DNA of 64,000 nt from an uncultured Myxococcales bacterium. GTDB taxonomy: Bacteria; Myxococcota_A; UBA9042. The translations under genes were made by a program, and so were the position numbers. This document shows, piece after piece, positions 53,890 through 61,734 of this stretch (position 1 is its first letter; the number at the start of each line of letters is the position of its first letter). The notes under the pieces are model-generated. The model did not search any database and was not told the DNA's origin. It saw only the letters and a program-made list of their open reading frames with translations. The DNA lies in assembly GCA_903919145.1 (NCBI GenBank), contig CAIXGW010000063.1, forward strand, positions 8,253 to 72,252. The letters are read 5' to 3'.

Positions 53890-54185
53890 ACCGCCGGACA
53901 CCCCCAGGGGAATGTCTGATGCTTGTAGCCGTTGACGAATTTCGGACGGCCAGCAGGCGGCCCGCACCGAGAAGCCCCGTCGGACATTCCCTAGGGGAAT
54001 GTCTGATACTTGTAGCCGCTGATGAATTTTGGACGGCCAGCGTTCCGTCCCCGCCGGGCGACACCGCCGGACACTCCCTAGGGGAATGTCTGATCCTTGT
54101 AGCCTTTGACGAATTTCGGACGGCCAGCAGACGGCCCGCACCGAGAAGCCCCGTCGGACACTCCCTAGGGGAATGTCTGATCGGG
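53890..54185. repeat. Tandem array of about 3.5 copies of an 87 bp unit, each carrying the palindrome CGGACAYTCCCTAGGGGAATGTCTG
   Basis: CGGACA recurs at 53895, 53981, 54068 and 54155. The units alternate between two spacer variants, giving an A-B-A pattern. The core is related to the 44 bp unit at 52397-52699, sharing CGGACA..TGTC and a cggacggcc segment. Confidence 0.85.
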
Positions 54186-54206
54186 TTGGCAGCCCTGGTT
54201 GCCGGC

Positions 54207-55661
54207 TCAGGGCTTGCCGATGGCGCCGATCGCCCGAACCTCCGCCGGGCTGTTGTGGTCAAAGCGGATCTCAAACACCGGCAGGCCAGCGGCGAGGCGG
54301 GTCAGCGTGCCGTTGGCCTGGATGCCTCCCAGCCGCTCCAGGGTCGGCAGCAGGTCTCGGGCGGCATCTGGAGGGCACACGCCGGACTCTACCAGGTGAG
54401 TCGCCAGTTCAGCGCGCAGAAAGGCTGTGACCTGGGGGTGGTTCACAAACATCTGAGCGCCCGCCACCATCGGCGACACCAGCGGAACGCGTGTATAGCT
54501 GTGCAGCGCGCCGGTGATGACCACGCTGGCCACCGCGGCCTCGACGTGCTCTCCGCCCAGCACCACCCACTCTAGCTCGGGCGCACCTGCCCAGCGCAGC
54601 TCGTGAAAAGCCCTGAGGAATGCCTGGGCCAGCTCGGGGCGCACGCCATAGCTCGGGTCGGTCATGGCAAACCGCAGGTGGCCGCAGCCCATGTGCTCGG
54701 GGCGCGCCAGGTGGTCCAGCAGAGCAGGGCGCACGCCAGCCGGAGGGTGAATCAGCCAGCGGCGCCACTCCTGCGCATCAAAGATAGAGCCCAGGTGCGG
54801 CGCCACGCGGTCATCTTTGCGCAACCCCTCAACAATCAGGCGATTCATCGCATGGGTGTCGCTGTGCATGTAGAAGCGGCCAAAGGTGTCGACGTGGCGC
54901 TCTAGAATCTGGGCAACTTCGCGCCCGTCCAGGGGCTGGCCTCGCACCTGCTCAATGGCGGCCAGCGCCAGCAGCAGCTCGCCGGCGTCACCGCCCGGCG
55001 TCCCGATGACGCCGTGGTCGTCGCGACCGTCAACGCAGCTGCGCTTGCCGTGCAGCGCCAGCGCCGCCAGCTTGACCCAGCGCACGGCATGGGGATCGCC
55101 CACGTGCAGCTGGATCTGTTCTTGGGTCAGCGGCCCTACACAGGCCTGGGCGTGCAGCGGCCGACCGTCGCGGCCCATGCCCGGCGCCAAGGCAAACAGC
55201 TCTTTGCGGTACGAATTGGGGTCGCGCAGGCACACAAAACCCTGCGAGCGCCAGGCCGCCATCCCGCCCTGCATGGCCGCCACGCGCACCATGCCCAGGG
55301 CCTCCAGATAGCGCGCCGCCACCCCAGCGCGGTCGCCGTGCTGCGACACCAGCACCACGCAGGTCTCGCGGTCCAGCACTTGCGGCACTTCGCCAAGCTT
55401 GTGCAGCGGCACGTGCGTCACCGCCGGAATGTGGCCCAGGGGCCCGGTCAGCTCGGCCTCCTCGCGCAGGTCCAAGATGCGCACCAGCTGGCCCTGCTCG
55501 GCCACAAAGCTGGGCGGCAGCGTGGGCGTGCCACCGCCATCGCGGCGCAGCGTCCCCTGCCAATTCAGCCGCAACAGTCTGGTGGCCGGCGAGTCCGCGG
55601 TAGCCGCGGGAGGATTCACGGGATCAGCAGCAAGCACGGCGTTCTCCTTGGGCATCACCAT
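54207..55661 (-). CDS. Rhodanese-homology domain protein with Ser in place of the catalytic Cys, plus a roughly 350 aa uncharacterised C-terminal domain
   Basis: ILDLREEAELTGPLGHIPAVTHVP..VVLVSQHGDRAGVAARYL follows the rhodanese fold pattern with S at the Cys position. A 7 bp overlap with the bestrophin gene implies an operon. Confidence 0.55.
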   Translation of the reverse strand: MVMPKENAVLAADPVNPPAATADSPATRLLRLNWQGTLRRDGGGTPTLPPSFVAEQGQLVRILDLREEAELTGPLGHIPAVTHVPLHKLGEVPQVLDRETCVVLVSQHGDRAGVAARYLEALGMVRVAAMQGGMAAWRSQGFVCLRDPNSYRKELFALAPGMGRDGRPLHAQACVGPLTQEQIQLHVGDPHAVRWVKLAALALHGKRSCVDGRDDHGVIGTPGGDAGELLLALAAIEQVRGQPLDGREVAQILERHVDTFGRFYMHSDTHAMNRLIVEGLRKDDRVAPHLGSIFDAQEWRRWLIHPPAGVRPALLDHLARPEHMGCGHLRFAMTDPSYGVRPELAQAFLRAFHELRWAGAPELEWVVLGGEHVEAAVASVVITGALHSYTRVPLVSPMVAGAQMFVNHPQVTAFLRAELATHLVESGVCPPDAARDLLPTLERLGGIQANGTLTRLAAGLPVFEIRFDHNSPAEVRAIGAIGKP

Positions 55662-56554
55662 AGGATGCCGTTGGCGTCGACAGTCACGGCGGCGGGCAAC
55701 TCGCTATCGCCCAAGCGCTGGCGCAAGTTGCGTTCGATAGTGACGGACAGGCTGGTAATGGGCAGCGAGTTCCAGAAGTGGTTGAACGGGTCTTCGAGCA
55801 CACGCCCCGTCTCGCTGATCAGGGTAAAGGCCAGGCAGACCGCCAGGTTGACCGGCACCACCGCCCAGCTGAGGTTGGCCACCACCGCCAGCGGAAACAG
55901 GATCGCAAACAGCACCAAGAGCTGCGACACAAAGAAGGCGTAGCCGCGCGGCATCGGCGTGCGCTTGATCCGCTCGCAGCCGCCTTGGGCGTCCAGCAGC
56001 GCTGCCAAGGTTTGGTCCAGGCTCTGCAGACGCAGCGGCTCGACGCCGGCGCGGGTCAGCTCGCTCAGCGTCTGGTCCAGCAGCGCGTGGCACGGCGAGC
56101 TCTGTAGCCGCAATTCGTCGACTTGGCCCTCGGTCAGGCCGCACAGCGCGACAGAACGCTGCACCATGGGGTCGGTAAAGGGGTCGTCGTCGCGCAATTG
56201 GCAACGCAGGACATGAACATACAGGACCTGCCGCCTGACCGCGCGCTCGGCCGTGGCGCGATCGCTTAGGTAGGCCAACGCCTGCGAGCCAAGCATGCGG
56301 CTGCTGTTGACGAGCTTGCCCCACAGCTGCCGGCCCTCCCACCAGCGCGCATAGGCACCGTTGACGCGAAAGCTGGCGAAAATGCCCAGCGCCGCGCCAA
56401 CGATGCTGGCCGGAGCGATGGGAATCTGAAAGTGGGTCCAGCCAGCGACGTCGTGGATCAGCCACGCCGAAGCGCCCAACCCGGCGTACATCAGCCCATA
56501 GCGCCATTGCCAGCGCAGCACCCGCAGTAGGGAGCCGCCGTTGGAGACCATCAT
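55655..56554 (-). CDS. Bestrophin/YneE (UPF0187) family putative anion channel
   Basis: 299 aa. Four TM segments. RWWEGRQLWGKL is the family hallmark. Confidence 0.7.
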   Translation of the reverse strand: MMVSNGGSLLRVLRWQWRYGLMYAGLGASAWLIHDVAGWTHFQIPIAPASIVGAALGIFASFRVNGAYARWWEGRQLWGKLVNSSRMLGSQALAYLSDRATAERAVRRQVLYVHVLRCQLRDDDPFTDPMVQRSVALCGLTEGQVDELRLQSSPCHALLDQTLSELTRAGVEPLRLQSLDQTLAALLDAQGGCERIKRTPMPRGYAFFVSQLLVLFAILFPLAVVANLSWAVVPVNLAVCLAFTLISETGRVLEDPFNHFWNSLPITSLSVTIERNLRQRLGDSELPAAVTVDANGILW

Positions 56555-56773
56555 CGCGCCGCATCCTCCCGATCCTCTGTTCGCGCCGCCAAGCTAGCCG
56601 GGCCCCGCCGTCCGCGTCCAGCGGCACCCAGCCAACCTACCATCCTGGCTTGCATTTTTGAACTCCGTCTGGCGGCTGCGCCGACCTCCGTTGCTTGAGC
56701 TTGGCTTCGCGCCGCTACACGGGGCCCCCTGGGAGCCCGGGCGCTTGGGTGGCCAGCAGCCGACCGCCAGTCT

Positions 56774-57211
56774 CTAACTGCCGCGGCGATGGCGCCACTG
56801 GGGGCTGGGAATTGGCAATTCTACGGCAGAAAACTGCACCGGCAGCTGCCGCACTACCTCCAGCCGGTTGGCGGCCGCTGCCTCGGTCGCCACAATAAAC
56901 GGCAAGGAAATCGCCGGTGGTTGCCGACCACTGCCGTCAACGCTGCGGGTGACATAACGCTCCAGGTCCATCAGCGCTCCCTCAAAGCCCGCGCCGGCCT
57001 CGACCTCCAGCAGGATGGGCACTTTGACCACCAACGGCACCCCGTCAAACAGCGGCACCCGCACTTCCATTTCCAGCACAAAGTCTGGGCTTTTGTTTGA
57101 CTCGGCCTCGCGCTGGGGGTGCAGGCGCAGGGTCACGGTGGCGTCTTGCATGGCGGCTTGCAGGCGCGGCTGCAGCCACGCAGCCATGGCGTCTTCGCCG
57201 CGGCCTTTCAT
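56774..57211 (-). CDS. Hypothetical 145 aa protein translationally coupled (ATGA) to the large NTPase
   Basis: GC3-rich frame. ATG overlaps the upstream stop. No recognised motif. The central segment is probably beta-rich: FVLEMEVRVPLFDGVPLVVKVPILLEVEAG. Confidence 0.5.
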   Translation of the reverse strand: MKGRGEDAMAAWLQPRLQAAMQDATVTLRLHPQREAESNKSPDFVLEMEVRVPLFDGVPLVVKVPILLEVEAGAGFEGALMDLERYVTRSVDGSGRQPPAISLPFIVATEAAAANRLEVVRQLPVQFSAVELPIPSPQWRHRRGS

Positions 57212-60200
57212 GTGGGCTCCTCTACGGTGCGCAGCAGCCCCAGGGCCACCAGCTCGGCGACCGCTGGGGGCAGGGCCGCAGCGTCACCGGCCAGCACGGC
57301 CGCGTAGTACTGCTGGGCCGCGGGCGACGCACCACTCAGGCGTTGCTGGCGCTGCTGCGCCACGTGGGCACGCGTCTGGTCCAGGCGCTGGCGGGCCTCT
57401 GGCAGCGGCAGGTTGGCGGGTACCGGCCGCGGCATCGGCCCTCCCAGGCGCGCCAGCCGCTCGGCGCAGTCCTCCTGCTGGCGTTGCAGGGCCGCAAGCT
57501 CCTCTAGTGCCTGCTGATTGTGGGTCCTGAGTGCCACCAACAGCTCGGACCAATCCGCTGTGGCCGCGGTGGGCAGCGGCAAGCCCAGGCGCCGCGCAGT
57601 GTCAAGGTGTGGCTGAATTTCGCCCACCTGCCGCCACGCCTCGGCCAGGGCGCCGCGCCACTCCTCCAGCTCTGGCCGCGGCGGCGGGGCCAGGCGCAGC
57701 GGCAGCCGCGCGGTCTGCAGCCAGTTGGCCAGGGCCTCGTGGCGGCGCACCAGGGCCTCTCGCACCCGGGCCTGCTCGCGCTCTAGCAGCCGGGTCGCAC
57801 CGGCCAGAGAAAGCTCATGGGGGATGCCGGCCGCGCGTTCGCCCAGCACGACAAGCACGCTGCCGACTTCGCGCAGCTGCCCGACTTGGGCCTCCAGTGT
57901 CGCCGCCTGCTGGGCGCACATGGCCTCCAGCTCCACCAGGGCGGCCTGGGCCGTGGTGGCCTCCAGGACCCCAGTGGGATAGCTGCCGGCGGTCTTGGCG
58001 TGGAGGTCTTTGAGGGCCAGCCAACGCTCCTCAAAGTCGCGCGCCGCCTGAACGATCGCCTGGTACGCGCGCGCCCCGTCGCTGGATTGGCCGGCACCGG
58101 CCAGCTCGTCGATGACCGCCTGGGGCAACAGGCTTGAGCGCAGGTTCTGCAGACTGGCCAGGGCGCGTTGGCGCATCCGCCCGGCTTCGCGCAGATCGTC
58201 GGGCGTCACGCTCAAGCCCTGGCTCCAGCCGGCCATCCGGCGATCGAGCTGAGCCAGCGCCGGCAGTGGCGCCTCGCCCCACCCCGCCAACAGCTGGATC
58301 TTGACTGCCGCATCGACGATCCAACGCTGGATTTCGTCAGAGCCGCGCGGGGTCGCCGCTTGCAGCGCCTGGCTCAGCTGCTGGCGCGGAAAATCGCCCA
58401 GGGCCGCCCACGCGGCGTCAATGGCTTGCACATCGCCGGGATCGACCCGCAGCTCGCCGTCCAGCACCGTGCCCAGCAGGTTCTCCAAGTGCATGCGCAG
58501 GCGCTGATGCCGCGACGCCTCGGCGTGTTTGCGCAGGGCCTCCAGGTAGTCCATCAGGCCGCGGCCCGCCGGTCGGGGAGCGTCGGCGCCCAGCTCCGCC
58601 ATCAGCTCTGGCAGGCGCCGCAGCAGCCCCAGCTCGGCGCTGGTCGCATCCAGGTCTGGCAGATAGGCCTCCAGCGCCTCGGCAATCGAGATGCCGCGCT
58701 CTTGCAGGGCTTCGCTGGCGTGCTCCAAAGCCTCTACCAGCGGCCCCAGCAAAGTCACCGCTGCGCGCAGGTGGTCGACTTCGCGGGCTGCCGTGGCCAG
58801 GGCGTCCAGCTGGTTGGCGAGCTGGGCCCGGCGGTGGCGCAGCAGGTCGACGCAGCGCTGGGCGCCCAGCTCCGCCAAGCTGCGCTGCAATTCATCAGCC
58901 TGGCGGCCCAGATCCGCGCCGGCCGCGGCAATGCGCTGCCACTCGGCCAAAGCGGCCTGCTCCTTTTCGACGCCCTTAAGCAGCCGCGCAGCCATCACGC
59001 CACACACCCACAGCAGCAGCGAGCGCACCCAGGCCTGACCGCTGCGCTCCCCCAGCCCCTGCAGCTCGCTGGTCAACAGGCGCAGCTGCTCTACCGGCCC
59101 CGCCTGCGTGCGCACCTGATCGGTGAAATTGCCCAGCCGCAATGCGCTCAAGCCCGCCTGGCGCCGGCCGGTGCAGCGCTCCAAGTCGCTGACAATGGCC
59201 GCCGCCTGGCGCGAGGTGTCGTCGAGCCGCCGCAGCGCATCCAGGGCGTCCAGCTCGCGCGACACATCGGGCAGGGTGCCGGCGTGGTGCTGCAGCAAAG
59301 TCTCCAGCCTTAGGCGATCTTCGCTGTACAGCCACGCCGCCAGGCGCGAGCGCAGCGCTGGCTCGCCGGCAAACCGCTCCAGCAGGGCGTTCAGCTCCGC
59401 GGCCGGCGCCACCGCCACCTCTGTCCAGCGCGGCGTGCGCGCCCCCGCCGGCAACAGGTTGTCGATCACCACCGCCGCGCCAGAGAGCCGCCCACCGGGA
59501 TTGGCCTCGCGGGCCAGCCGTCGCAGCGGACTTCCTTCGGCAAATAGCGCCGCCGCTTTGGCGCTCACAATCCGCTCGGCCGGCGAGATCGGCCGCAGGG
59601 CAAACAGCAGGCCCAGCAGCGCCGGGCTGTCGCGGTCCAGGCGCGCCAACGTGCCGCGAAAGCTGTCGTTCTGGCGAATGTAGCTGACGGCGGCTTGCCA
59701 GCGCGGGGCAGGCCGCGGGCGCACATCGCGCACTTGCACCGCCACCCGATCGCGGTGCCATGCGATTTTGCGGGCCAATTGCCGGTCGCTGCGCGGGCTT
59801 TCCAGCAGTGCATCCATGCGCGCCCCAAGGCCCGCAGCGTGGCAGCGCACCGCCAAACACTTCAGAAATGTCGCGTGAAAGCGCCCCGGGTCCACCACCG
59901 CCAGCCGGCCGGCAAACTCGGCCAAGTCCAGCTGCGGCGGCCGCGGCCCGCTGGCGTCCAGCAGCAGCGCGCGCAGGGGATCGTCCGCGCCATCCAGTGC
60001 CCCCGCTTCGATGTGCTGGGCCAGGCGACCGGCATGGGCAAACACGCTGAAGCCCGCCGATTCTGACCGCAGCAAAGGCCCCTGTACCCCCGCAAGATCG
60101 CGCAGGCGCCGGTCGAGCTCGGCTTCGTTGGGCACGCGGCCATCGTCCAGGGGCAGATAGGGGTCGGTAAACGGCGAGGGAAACAGCTCGTCCGCCAGTT

Positions 60201-61425
60201 CCCGCAGGGCAAAAGGCAGGCGCCGGGCAAGAGGCCCCATCTCGCCCAGGGCGTCAAAAATCCGCGCTCCCTCTTGGCCCAGCCCGTCCAGGGGCTCGCG
60301 GATGCGCCCCGACTCCACGGCGCGGGCCTCGGCTACCCGCAGCGCCGCGGCAAAATCGTCCAACGTCAGGTAGGCGCGGTCGTCTTCGTCAGCGCAGGCT
60401 TCGATCACCGCCACCAGCTCATTGGCCACCGGCTGCAGCTCTTCGGTCGCACGCCAACGCCGGCCCAGCTCATGGCGAATCCGGTCGGCCAGGCTGCGGC
60501 GGTCGCTGACCTGAATGACCACGCCGCCACACGGAGTGGCACAGGCCACCGGGCGCAGATCGGCCAGCTCGCCCAGTCGGCGGTGGTCCAGGCCGTGGCG
60601 CAGCAGCGCGGGGACGCCAAAAACCCCAGGCAGGGCATCCATTGCGTCGCCAAGGGCCGCCAGATCTGTGCCAAAGAGCCCGGCATTGAGCGGCTCCAGC
60701 ACCGCTCGCACCGCCTGCTCGACGCCACGGGCGCGGCCCCGGCTGATCCACCAGGCAAAATTGGCCTGACCGCGCGACAGGCCAAAATGCGCCTGAATAG
60801 CAGGGACATCGATGGACGGCACTGGCAGGGTCACCAGCCGGCCGCGATCGGCATCGCCCAGGGCGTGGTAAGACTCAGGAGCGTAGGCCAGCAGCAGCCG
60901 CAGGTCGGGGCCACAGGCGTCCACCAGGGCCCGCAACGGCTGGCCGTCGTCGGTGGCAATGCGCTTGAGCAACAGCTGGTGGGCCTGCTCGACCTCATCT
61001 AGCAGCAGCACCACGGTGCAACCAGGGCCCTGGCCTTGCCCCAAGCGCTCTGCCACGTCGCTGCGGCCGCGCTGGTGCAGGTCGGCCAGGTAGGCGCGCC
61101 GCTCTGGGCTATCTTGGGCCAGCTGCGCGAGCCAGTGGCGCACGCGGGCCACAAAGGTCTGCGGCAGCAGCGTCTCGCCGGCGGGGGCCAGCCGCTCGAT
61201 AAAGGCCGCTGCTTCGTCCCACACGGGCAAGGCGCCGCGGGTCAGAGCTTGGCGCAAAATCGCAAACAGCAAGGTACTTTTGCCCGACCCATAGACCCCG
61301 ACCGCCGCCGCGGCAAACGGACCGTCGGCGCCAAAGGCGATCTGCTCGGCGCTGGCCAGTGTGTGCGCCGCCAGCGGCGTAAAGGCAACCCAGGGCGTGT
61401 CGATCCGCGCGGTAAGGCCCTTCAT
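57208..61425 (-). CDS. Large (about 1405 aa) P-loop NTPase with a roughly 1200 aa Ala/Leu/Arg/Glu-rich helical region
   Basis: Walker A GVYGSGKSTLL at residues 45-55. Walker B VVLLLDEVEQ near residue 140. The rest is helical/coiled-coil-like with no SMC signature motif. The preferred start is the ATG at 61423-61425 (MKGLTARID); the tool start is a GTG two codons upstream. Confidence 0.6.
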   Translation of the reverse strand: MKGLTARIDTPWVAFTPLAAHTLASAEQIAFGADGPFAAAAVGVYGSGKSTLLFAILRQALTRGALPVWDEAAAFIERLAPAGETLLPQTFVARVRHWLAQLAQDSPERRAYLADLHQRGRSDVAERLGQGQGPGCTVVLLLDEVEQAHQLLLKRIATDDGQPLRALVDACGPDLRLLLAYAPESYHALGDADRGRLVTLPVPSIDVPAIQAHFGLSRGQANFAWWISRGRARGVEQAVRAVLEPLNAGLFGTDLAALGDAMDALPGVFGVPALLRHGLDHRRLGELADLRPVACATPCGGVVIQVSDRRSLADRIRHELGRRWRATEELQPVANELVAVIEACADEDDRAYLTLDDFAAALRVAEARAVESGRIREPLDGLGQEGARIFDALGEMGPLARRLPFALRELADELFPSPFTDPYLPLDDGRVPNEAELDRRLRDLAGVQGPLLRSESAGFSVFAHAGRLAQHIEAGALDGADDPLRALLLDASGPRPPQLDLAEFAGRLAVVDPGRFHATFLKCLAVRCHAAGLGARMDALLESPRSDRQLARKIAWHRDRVAVQVRDVRPRPAPRWQAAVSYIRQNDSFRGTLARLDRDSPALLGLLFALRPISPAERIVSAKAAALFAEGSPLRRLAREANPGGRLSGAAVVIDNLLPAGARTPRWTEVAVAPAAELNALLERFAGEPALRSRLAAWLYSEDRLRLETLLQHHAGTLPDVSRELDALDALRRLDDTSRQAAAIVSDLERCTGRRQAGLSALRLGNFTDQVRTQAGPVEQLRLLTSELQGLGERSGQAWVRSLLLWVCGVMAARLLKGVEKEQAALAEWQRIAAAGADLGRQADELQRSLAELGAQRCVDLLRHRRAQLANQLDALATAAREVDHLRAAVTLLGPLVEALEHASEALQERGISIAEALEAYLPDLDATSAELGLLRRLPELMAELGADAPRPAGRGLMDYLEALRKHAEASRHQRLRMHLENLLGTVLDGELRVDPGDVQAIDAAWAALGDFPRQQLSQALQAATPRGSDEIQRWIVDAAVKIQLLAGWGEAPLPALAQLDRRMAGWSQGLSVTPDDLREAGRMRQRALASLQNLRSSLLPQAVIDELAGAGQSSDGARAYQAIVQAARDFEERWLALKDLHAKTAGSYPTGVLEATTAQAALVELEAMCAQQAATLEAQVGQLREVGSVLVVLGERAAGIPHELSLAGATRLLEREQARVREALVRRHEALANWLQTARLPLRLAPPPRPELEEWRGALAEAWRQVGEIQPHLDTARRLGLPLPTAATADWSELLVALRTHNQQALEELAALQRQQEDCAERLARLGGPMPRPVPANLPLPEARQRLDQTRAHVAQQRQQRLSGASPAAQQYYAAVLAGDAAALPPAVAELVALGLLRTVEEPT

Positions 61426-61734
61426 GGACACCGCCGCGGCGCCAGCGCCCCAAAGCGCCCAGAGCGAACCAGAAAACTAACTGAATTAGCTGCTGTTCTC
61501 ATTGTTTTGCTGCTGCCGTCGTCGGCTGGCGGGGCGTCGAGAGTACTCTTGCCCGCGGGCGTTCGCCAGTCGCAGGGCAGCTGCCCAATAGGGCCACTGC
61601 TGTGAACCCCAGACCGGCAAATCACCAACATTTCTAGCGGAACTCGCTGCCCGACTCCCTGCCCGCGCTCTCCTGTTGACGGTTTCGGCACATCTGTAGA
61701 AAGTATCCACAACTTCACCGGTGTGGAAATTCTA

